From contig DF237486.1 in NCBI GenBank assembly GCA_000708835.1, positions 1 to 62,089 of the forward strand: 62,089 nt of DNA, in the 5' to 3' direction. This stretch comes from Klebsormidium nitens. Its lineage: Eukaryota > Plantae > Klebsormidiophyceae. The notes beneath the pieces were generated by a model. It saw only the letters and a program-made list of their open reading frames with translations, was not told the DNA's origin and searched no databases. How positions within the stretch are numbered: the stretch's first letter is position 1; each line of letters opens with the position of its first letter. Below, piece after piece: positions 13,214 to 22,800 of the stretch. The position numbers were made by a program, and so were the translations under genes.

Positions 13214-15391
13214 ATGGAGCGCATGGCGTCAGCTGGGGCGCTCTCCGCTCTTCCCAAGGATGTACTTCGAATCGTCTTGAAAGACATCAGCCTGCGGGAC
13301 CGCTTGCAACTGGAGCTGTTGAACAAGAGCCACCGGGACGCGCTGAGGGAGCCGGAGCTTTGGCAGGACTTGAACCTGGGTGCCATGCAAGCCCTGCATC
13401 TCACAGAAAAGCAGCTGCTACGCCTTTTGGAACGACTGAACCGTGGTTCGGAGCAGTTTCCATCGCAAATAAGGATCATAGCACAGATCCTGCGCACCAT
13501 GAACACCAACTTCATGCAGCAAGCTCCCAGCTCAGCGAGGGAAGTGTTTGGTCAGACCGCCCAGGGCATCTCCAACTTTGTGAGGATTCCGCTGCTCCTG
13601 GCGCTTCTGCTGGAAAATCTCTTTTCGGTGGGGAGTGAAATGCTTATCCTGGCCGCTCAGGTGTTCCTACAGTGCCACAAAGCGTTTCCTGAATCTTGGG
13701 GTCCAATCAGATACATCGTAGAGACCTGCGTAACTTGGTTCAGCGAGCAAGTCAAGCGCATTCCGCGGCTTTTCCTGTCCATGCAGTGGTCATTACCACT
13801 CTTCCTCCGACTGCTACGAGATCCTGTTGGTTTAATGCAAGGGCTGCTTGCAGATCTGCGCAAGAAACGAACAGCCTACAAAAGAGGCTCGGGAAAGGCT
13901 GCCGTCAACTTGGATGTGTCTGGGGCCGCAAATCTTTCTCCTGACTTTCTGGCAGCATGCGTCCTTGGAGTCGCAGCAGCAGGTCTCAAAGTTGACCTCA
14001 AGATGGTTGGCGACAGTGACCCTGCCTTCCCTCTGTATCACGTCGTCAGCATTCTAAGAGTTTTGGCCATAGACTGCTCGATGCAAGTGAACCTGCTGAT
14101 ACATGGCTTATACCCAGGGTGGAGGGATAACTTTTTGAAGAGCTTCGATCCTGAGAGCATGCTCGAGCAAATAGGCCACAACTTCGAGTTTGATCCGAAG
14201 CAAGCTCTTCTTGATTACACACATGAGTCTCGCCATAGCGAATACGAGGGCTCAGAAGCATCTTACCGTCGCTTCCATGAGAATATCCTCAAATTACTTG
14301 AGCGCACAGGGGAGATTGCTTTGGCAAGTGGAAGGCTGGACTGGCTGCGCAAAGGCAGTGTCAGACCCAGGATTGCGGCCCCGACCGTGGTCTTCGAGGG
14401 CATGAGCTTGGCATCCTGTGGTCAGCTGTATGACGTGATTCGTGGATATCTGAAAGAGTCACCTTCCAAGCTCCGCCTCGTCTTCCGCAACTGCCATTTT
14501 CGTTCCTCGGAGGTGTCCGCGCTGTCCGATCTGCTAGGGGAATGTGGTGCGGGCTCCGTGGCATTCCAGCAAAGCGACTTTCGCTTCTCGTCGATTCTGA
14601 GCAGCGCTGATGCTGGAGCCATTCTTCTAAACACTGCGGCGCTGCAACAGAGCAGGAATTTTCGGAGGCTGGAGCTCGATTGCCCGTTCTTTCCCGAGAA
14701 TGTTTCCGCTGCCTCCTTCTTCTTACGATGGAGCCAGAATAATGCCGAGCTGGTGATCCACCTTAGAATGGAGTTCTTTTCTGGGGACGCTCGAACCGCG
14801 CAAAGACTCTGCTCGAAGTTAAAGGAGCTGTGCGCTTCGTCACAAGGTGCCCGGGTGACGATTGTGCAGCACCAGAGGCCGTCTCGACTCCTGGCGAGGG
14901 GCGCAAACCCGACCGTCGAGGCCCGTCAAGAAGGTGTGATCAGCCCATCTTTCCTTTCGCCCATTCAGCAGGAGATCGACAACGACCTGTGGTACGAGAA
15001 GCTTCTCAACGCCTTGGAGTACGGCATCGATATCTACGGCATCGCTGCTCCTCTCCTGGCCCTGGCAGAGTTCTTCGGATACAAGCTGTTCGCGCGGTTC
15101 GGCTTCAAGCTGTGGCCCTATGCGATTACCAGGCCGGCGGCAGTGCGGACGTTGTGGCGGCCCGTCCGAGCCACAGTCCAGGGGAAGCCATCCTGGGTGG
15201 GAATTGCCTTTGGTCTCGTGCTGACACGCATCGTTCCGCTCTCGCTGGTTACTGGTTACGCGTTCAAGAGCTTCTGGGCGTACATCGGGATCTGTTTGTT
15301 ATGGACCATTGTGGGACAGCTGATTAGGGTGGTGGGGTCAATCGTTTCACGCAAGGACAGGCAGTGTACGGATGTGTTAAGAATAGAATGA
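13214..15391 (+). CDS. F-box/LRR-like/TM family, copy 3: intact single-exon ORF, 725 aa
   Basis: Uninterrupted ORF. N-terminal F-box LPKDVLRIVLKDISLRDRLQLELLNKSHRDALREPELWQDLNL; LRR-like middle segments (LDVSGAANLS, LRLVFRNC, LELDCPF); about three hydrophobic C-terminal helices. Confidence 0.9.
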   Translation: MERMASAGALSALPKDVLRIVLKDISLRDRLQLELLNKSHRDALREPELWQDLNLGAMQALHLTEKQLLRLLERLNRGSEQFPSQIRIIAQILRTMNTNFMQQAPSSAREVFGQTAQGISNFVRIPLLLALLLENLFSVGSEMLILAAQVFLQCHKAFPESWGPIRYIVETCVTWFSEQVKRIPRLFLSMQWSLPLFLRLLRDPVGLMQGLLADLRKKRTAYKRGSGKAAVNLDVSGAANLSPDFLAACVLGVAAAGLKVDLKMVGDSDPAFPLYHVVSILRVLAIDCSMQVNLLIHGLYPGWRDNFLKSFDPESMLEQIGHNFEFDPKQALLDYTHESRHSEYEGSEASYRRFHENILKLLERTGEIALASGRLDWLRKGSVRPRIAAPTVVFEGMSLASCGQLYDVIRGYLKESPSKLRLVFRNCHFRSSEVSALSDLLGECGAGSVAFQQSDFRFSSILSSADAGAILLNTAALQQSRNFRRLELDCPFFPENVSAASFFLRWSQNNAELVIHLRMEFFSGDARTAQRLCSKLKELCASSQGARVTIVQHQRPSRLLARGANPTVEARQEGVISPSFLSPIQQEIDNDLWYEKLLNALEYGIDIYGIAAPLLALAEFFGYKLFARFGFKLWPYAITRPAAVRTLWRPVRATVQGKPSWVGIAFGLVLTRIVPLSLVTGYAFKSFWAYIGICLLWTIVGQLIRVVGSIVSRKDRQCTDVLRIE

Positions 15392-16768
15392 ATGGGACGT
15401 TTTGGTTACTGTTGGATTCAACATTCGGAGCTTTGCTAAAGGCGAGGTCACGAGAACAGGATTGCCTTCGAGATGCGAGAAAGTTTATGTGGATACCCGT
15501 GATATGGTCAAGGTCAGGCCATGCTTCTGGTGTCGAGAATAGTGAGTTCTTCCGCAAATCGCTCTCAAAGAAGGTATGCCCTTTTGATGTACGTCTCATG
15601 ATCAGATGCGAAGTAGGAACTGCAAGCAAGAACGATTGTTGCTGTTGGGCATCCAAAGTCTCGCAACTGAGTGGCTATTATTGATGGATGGTATATTGCG
15701 AACGGACGACCAGTACCCAAACACCAGATACAAGATGCGCTTTGACAGCCTGACTGTTTGTGGCCGTCAACTGGCTCATCATGTCCAATCGGTCTCATTT
15801 TCATCTTTCTTATCCATGTCATACTGTGATCAACTATGGTTTTCCACTAGCTTCCTACCTTAGCCAGGAAAACGTTGAGCAACTTCTGTGGTTAACGCTA
15901 AATGAGAGTCGCGATCCATTGCGAGCGTTTAAATTCAAACAGGACATTATACATGATACTGCCTAGATTAGTACCTTTGTAGAGTATGAGTGACATATCA
16001 CATGTTCCTGTCCTTGAGACGGGTGGCACGTATGGCACACATACAATACTGCGAGTGTCGAACGGCATGCCACCACTAAGTACTTGCGTTTGTCTGGTCG
16101 GCCAATGTTGCCTTGCTCTTGTCAGTATAAACGGCTCATCTATAGACGGTCAGATCTACATACTCAAGCGTCAAGGATATCAAGGTTTATGAATCGAAGG
16201 CGGCAGCTTCTGCCAACAGTATTAATGTACGTGAAAACTTGAATCCCAGGAGCATAATTTTTCGGATCGCGGAGATTGTTCTACATGCAAACAAACTTTG
16301 ACACCGGAGATTCACATGCGCGCCTTAAGTTGACCTTTATTCTCTGCTGGTTTGGGCACTTCGAGACTTCCCATGGCTTTGTTTGCAAGCATCGACATGA
16401 TGTTAGGATGCGATCCTCCAATCAGGGGTCCGGTCAAACAGCCCATGTGTACGTGCGTGTATCGCCATGTAATTTTAAGGCCTCGGTGGAGTTGACGATC
16501 CCGAGGATCAGTCCTGATCACTTGGATCGCGTTCCGAATTCGCGGACTGGCTTGGCAGATGATGCTGACGTCATTACTCTGACTACGGTCTCGAACTTCG
16601 AACCAATTCCATGCGAGAAGACTCCGTACTGTAGACATTTTCATGACCAGGAACTTCGTCTCAAAGATCAGGGCCTGCTGGAAAGGTAGTTGCAAAGTGT
16701 GTCGCTCGAGACAATTCCCAAAACTCTTCATTCTGCAGTAGGTAATCCGGAAGTAGTACGCGACAGAG

Positions 16769-18862
16769 ATGGCAGCTAGCTCGTTGGAGCTCAAGATGGA
16801 GGGCGCTGCTGGAAGCATGCCGCTTGCGGCGCTGCCTAAGGATGTCCTGCGCATCATCCTGAAGAAGCTCAGTCTGGAGGACCGCTTGCGCGTGGAGCTG
16901 GTTGACAAGAGCCACCGAGACATGATGAGGGATCGGGAGCTCTGGCAGGAGCTGAACCTTGGCGCCATGCAGGCACTGAGCATCACAGAAGGCCAGCTAC
17001 TTCGCCTGTTGGGAAGGATTGATGCTGGATTTGAGCAGATCTTCCCGGAGCTAGAGAGCATGGCAGGCACACTGAAAGACATAGCCGAGGAGTCTTTGAA
17101 ACACATCCGCGGCCCGCTTGTGCAGAATTTGGATTCATTCAGGCTGGATGTGTCCTACTTTGGAGCAGACATGGTTTCTGCTGGCGCGCGCTACTTCTCT
17201 CGGCTCCGTCAATTGGTCCCTGAGGCCTGGGGTCCATGCAGACTGGTCGTGGAGACTTGCACAGCCTGGTTCGCCGACCAAGTGGACCGCCTGTTTGTAT
17301 AATTTTCTTGGGTCTACCGGCTTCTCCTGGCCTGTCTGAAACTGCTCCTTCGTCCATCCGAAACCCTTTAAAAGCTGGTTTCTCAGCTCCTGCGAGATCC
17401 AAAGTTTGCTAAGAAAAGTTCTGCCAAGATCCAAATCAGCTTGGACGTTTCAGGAGCAGCAAAGCTGTCACCGCACTACTTGGCAGCCTGCATCATTGCA
17501 ATCTCAGCAGCGGGATACAGGGTCGATTTCAAGATGGCAGGAGAGAGGGATCCTCTGTTCCCTCTCATTCACATGCTTGATCTTCTCGGTTTCCTGGCGT
17601 CAGATTGTTGGATTCAGGTGAACATGCTGGTTTCTGGTCAGTACATTCGGAGGACCAACTTCCTCAAAGGATTCAACCCTGAGGGGCTGGAGGGGACGGC
17701 GATCGACCCTGAATTTGATCCTATGCGGTTATTTGCTGTGACCCTCTACAAAAACTCCCGCTTCTGTGACATCACCACTGCATCAAAGACCGTCTCCCGT
17801 GATTTAGAGGAGAAGGTCTGGAGGCTTGTCGAGCGCAGACTCGAAATTGCAAAGGCAGCAGGCGTGCCATCTGAGTTCCGCAAGGGCTGCTTGAAACCCA
17901 GGATTGTAGCCTCGACCGTGGTCTTTGAGAACATGGCAATCCATGCGGAGAGCAAGCTCTTCGAAGAGATCCGGGACTTCCTGAACGAGTCACCCTCCAA
18001 GCTGCGCCTCGTGTTCCGTCACTGCCTTCTCCTTCCGGCCGAGTTCCGCTCCCTGTGCACGCTGTTAGGGGAATGCGGAGCAGGGTTCGTTTCCTTTCAG
18101 CAGTTCGCTTTCCCGTTAGGCAGACTGTGCAACCCCCAAACCGAAGACGCCGTTTTGAGTTCAGTGGCCCTTCAGAAGAGCGGGAACCTTCAGAGCCTGG
18201 AGCTCGACTGTCCGCTCGTGGTGGCAGACCTGGATTCCGCCGCCCAGTTCCTGGACCGGAGCGAGAGTGCCGCCAGGCTCGTGATCCATCTGCGAACGGA
18301 ATTCTTCTCAACGGGCGCGGAAACAACGCAGCTGTTCTTCAAGAAGCTCCAGGAGCTGTGCGCGTCCGAGCGGGGTGCCCGGGTGACGGTTGTGCAGCAC
18401 CGGCGGGGTGCGCGCGCGAGCGAGACGGTCGAGAGCGCGCGCGCGGGGAGCAGCGACGCATTCTCGCCCATCCAGGACGAGATCAGCACGGTCGTCTGGT
18501 ACGAGAAGCTGCTGACTTGCGTGGATAAAGTCCTGTATGTATACACCGCGGTGGATCTTGTCCTGGCCCTGGCGTTCCTCTTCGGGGTCAAGCTGTTCGG
18601 CTATCGGCTGCAGCCGACGAACTTGGCGACCGGTTTGTCGGGTTCGTGGGGCGTCTGGCATCTGTGGCGCCCTGTGCGGGCCACGATTCAGGGGAGGCGG
18701 GACTGGGTCGGAATCGCAGGAGGTCTCTTTCTCTCCGGACTTCTTCCGATCTCTCCACTTGTGATTGCGTTCAAGGCCTTTTGGGCGTACATAGCAATCT
18801 TCCTCGTGCGCACGGTCCTGTGGCAGGTCGGCAGGGCAATTATTAGAGCATTTGCTTCGTAG
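16769..18862 (+). pseudogene. F-box/LRR-like/TM family, copy 4 (two in-frame stops; possibly rescued by splicing)
   Basis: F-box LPKDVLRIILKKLSLEDRLRVELVDKSHRDMMRDRELW. TAA at 17300-17302 and at 17369-17371; otherwise collinear with copy 3 in one frame to the end. Confidence 0.72.
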
Positions 18863-19868
18863 TCTTTCAAATCAGGATAGTCTTTTCTCAAAAGACGAAG
18901 TCACTCTGGCTGGAAAGGCTGTAAAGAGTTGAGATTCTTAGAGACTTAATGCAAACGCCTAGTCAGTAGGGTCGGACGGGAGATCTCTTGTAAGTGCGGG
19001 TGGCGCTTTGAGGCCATACAAGTAGCCCTCATAAAAGCGCTTCCAAAGTTCGAAGATGGCGGATCGACCACACTTCTTCAACTTCGCGTGATAAAGGATA
19101 GCTTTTAATCACTTGACGCATGATTTTCTGTCTTTATTACTTGCTTCATTTCTTTGAACCTGCTCAGTTCAAACTGCATCCACAGTGTCGAATACGATCA
19201 TAAAGCACTTGATGGAGGCTCAACATCTGAGTCTTTACTGCACGAAATTGGATTTTAAATCGAATATCATGCGACGGTGGGCTCGTGTAAGACGCGTGAT
19301 ATGCATAAGGATGGCTATATATATATGTTCAGGAGAGCAGGCTGATTGTCTTTGGACGTTATATATATTCTAAATCATCCACCCTCACCGGCCGCGCATT
19401 ATGCCAATTTGCGACCGAGCTCGCACTGTCACTTACGGCATGTTAGATGTTCAGTTCTAAGCTATAGTCGAGCTGGGCCGGATGATTTAGCCTCTTTAGT
19501 ATGGGGCAAGCTGATCAATCTAGAAAGAAAGAAGCACGGACGTATCGATCATGTGCACGTCTTGTGTAACATCTCAGGACTCTTATTGGAAGCACCGGAA
19601 TTTGGCCATGCCGCATTACGAGATGCAAGGGCTCAAGTCAAAGCGCCGTTGCAATCAAGAGATCCTCCCCCGCTGGCTTAAACATTTGACTTGCCAGGAA
19701 ACGCCTGGGCCCAAGTTGGTGAAACCGCTTGATACAGTAATTTAAGTTCTTAGTGTCTACTCAAACACAGACCCACCTGTAGCACGATTGATACGCAGGC
19801 TACCGACGACGGTTAGCAGACACATATGCTCCTCCAATATGGTCGGAACTTCTAAGGCGAACAGCGGC

Positions 19869-22800
19869 TTAACTTAGGCTCGCAAGGATTGTCCTGCCTA
19901 ACGCCGCACTCACGACCATGGGCACGGCGTTGCCCACTTGTCTATAACAGCTCTCAATCTGGTCGTCAGAAGTACCAGCGGCCGCAAACTTGAAATTCTC
20001 GGGGAAGGTTTGCAGCAAAGCGTTCTCGCGGGGGCTAGCTAACCGGTTATAGGTGTAATGAACGCACGCCCAGTTGGTGTCATTGGCGGTGCATACTACG
20101 GTTGCAGACTGGCCGTCCCGAGGCAACCGGCCCTTCACCCCGCCCCTCGGCCTGCAAGAAGAAAACCAAGGACACTTAGCTGATGCGTTCAAAGGGCTCT
20201 GTGGAACTCCGACGTTCAGCAACAGAAGCCAGCGTGAGCCGCAACAATCTTCCGCAACAGCTTTGCACATGCATTGTGATGTGGCACCCCGTAATGACAT
20301 GACGAGCTTGTACGCTAAATGCAGTAGGTCCTGCACCACGTTTGAACACGAAGCCTGGTACGCCCGTGGGAATAAACTTGAGCGGTCGGCATAAACCTGC
20401 GACTCACTTTGTCGGCTCTTTCCCCCGATCCCTAGCCCCGTGGCTCTGGAGGTCTTTCGGGAGGTCTTTGTCCTTCTGCCCAGGGCCCAGCTGATCCCAC
20501 TGCGCATGCCGTTTCGACCTTCCCGGGTCCACGTGAAACACCTTGTGGTTGAAAAGGAAGGAGCCACCGGGCAATCTCTGCAGGAGAGGAGCACACTAAA
20601 AGCTTGACAGCTTGCGGAGGGTGGTGTTGACGCTTGCCGGTACTTCCCCGCGAAAATACAGTGATAAGGTCTGCAGGAGCATCACTCTCCAGCCCTTGTC
20701 GGATCTGATTTTAGCTTTCTGACGACTTCGCTTTGCAGGACCATTTGTTTATTAAAACCCTCCCTCGCTGGGTCCTTCTCTGCTCAGCAGGGAAATCTTC
20801 GCACGTGCCTTAAACATTAACACGACAGATGAACGACAGCTATACAACACGCAACAGTAGCAGAGCAATCCCTTTTGATTACTCGCTCAGATCGAGCCAA
20901 TCAGCGGTCCTGTATAGAGTGCGCTCACCATCCTCTCTGCCGTCGCCCCTTTCGGCAGGTGCCCAATTGCCTGGTACACCGTCACTGCCGGCAGCAGATC
21001 TGGAGTCTCCGCCGCCCGCTGCCGCTGCAAACAGCAGCTACACCCGATTGTCCGCCAGTCCCCCTCCGAGCCCGTCAGATCCGGTGGCCGTTTGTTCACC
21101 ACCGCGTAACCTTCTCGCGTCCGGAAGAAAGCCGCGGGGTGCGGCTCCGGCGCCTGCTCCTCGGATCGCTTCCGCTTGAGCGCCCCGCTGGGCTGCCCAA
21201 GCACCGGTTTCCCGACTAGCTTTCCGAGGGGGCCGCTGCTCCTAATGTTTTCGACTGCGCCGCCGGGCTGCCCAAATGCTGATTTTCCGACTGCCATCCC
21301 AGTTAGGCCGCTGCTCCCACTCTTTTTGAGCGCCCCGCTGTGCTGCCCAAATTCGAGATTCCCGATTGCCCCCCCAGTTCCGTCTCCCACCCCGGGCTGC
21401 CCAATTACCAACGCCCCGACTGCTCCCCCGGTTGTGTCGCCACCCGCGGCATCTTCGAGCGCCCCGCTGGGCTGCTCGGTTGCGGATCTCCCGACTCCGC
21501 CCCCGGTTGTAGTGCCGTTCCCAGTACCCCGCAGACCGCCCGTTTTCACAGGCACGCTCGGGCCCGGCCCGTCACCGGAGGCCCTGTTACCGCTCCCGCC
21601 GCGGTTTTCTGCACTGGCGGACGCATTCTCTGGCAACCCACCGTCCGGAGAAGAACGCTCCGTGTCCAACACCGCCCCGTCCGAAGGGGAGGTACTTAGC
21701 CGGACTGTCCGCAGCTCTGTCGCCTCAGGCATTGCGGACCTGTTCTCATCCGTCGGAGGTTGTTCTGCCACGGACGCAATCTTGTCTGCCCCAGTTGCCC
21801 CTGTCTTCGGGGCCTTCATCGTGATAAGGATGCCCATTTTGGGCTTCTTCTTCTGGGGCTTCTTCTTGGGGGCCTTCTTTCCCTTCACTGTTTTGCGGTT
21901 CTTGGCTGCTTGGGGAGCGGACGGGTCGGGCAGCTCGAGGAAGCAGTGCTTAAACAACCCCAGGGGTTTGGTGGGCCGGCCAAAGGCGCGGTGAGTGGGT
22001 ACGGCCACTTGGGGTAGCTTCTCTCCTGCAGAAGAGAGAGTGAGTCAGATACTGCCTGCGGTACTAAACGACACAATCTTGTAACTGCTGATTTACAGCC
22101 TAAAGACCGAACAAAAGGCTTTGTCCAACAGGCATACAGTGAGCTACACAGAACATGGGCGCAGATGACAGCAGGCAACACAGCAGGAGCCCAAAAGTCT
22201 CCTTCCGCTTTTTCCACTTTTAGGGGAGACATGTCGATGTTTGCACAGCCTCACCGCAGAGATCGATCTCCGAAGTGCAACGCAACACTCCTATGAAAGG
22301 GGACTTTCTACAGTGCTCACCTATCTGCGCTGCGCACAAGAAGGTGCGGAACCGGTTCTGCGGAGCGCCGAACAGGGCCGCCAGCAGGATCTGCCACCTC
22401 GTCTGGTAGCCCAACCGCACCAGCGCGCGGGTGATGGCGACCCCAACGGGTTCATGCAAGCGCTTATCAAGCTGCACAGGACTTTCGCAAAGTGATCAGA
22501 GACGTGTGGGACCAGAGAAAACCAAAATATCATAGCGATTCTTGGTTTACAAGTCTGGAGCAGTTGAACCCGATTTCGCCCGGAACTCTCGTCGTCTTCT
22601 ACCAATTAACGGTGCACCAATCAGGTTTGGGACTGACGAGAGTCAGACACACAGATGACCTTGCCGCCGAAAACCAACAAACTCTCTGCCGTGCAATTTG
22701 GCATGTCCTGCCCTCACTGCAATTGTCAAGATGATCAGCTAATGTGAATTCACAAGAACGGCAACGAGACAAAGCGCAGCCAGACATGCTTGCCTGCACA

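Noticed and set aside
8625-17371. Stop-codon reassignment (TAA/TAG = Gln) or RNA editing explaining the in-frame stops of the F-box genes
   Set aside because: The stops align to different residues in the paralogues (R, I/G, L, Q). Frameshifts co-occur with them, and conserved genes here end in TAA (RPP3, MTase) and TAG (HPAT, SufD).
10943-17371. RIP-like or methylation-driven C-to-T mutation by the neighbouring MTase as the cause of the nonsense codons
   Set aside because: Only one stop (17369) aligns to CAA in a paralogue; the others are not C-to-T-type changes.
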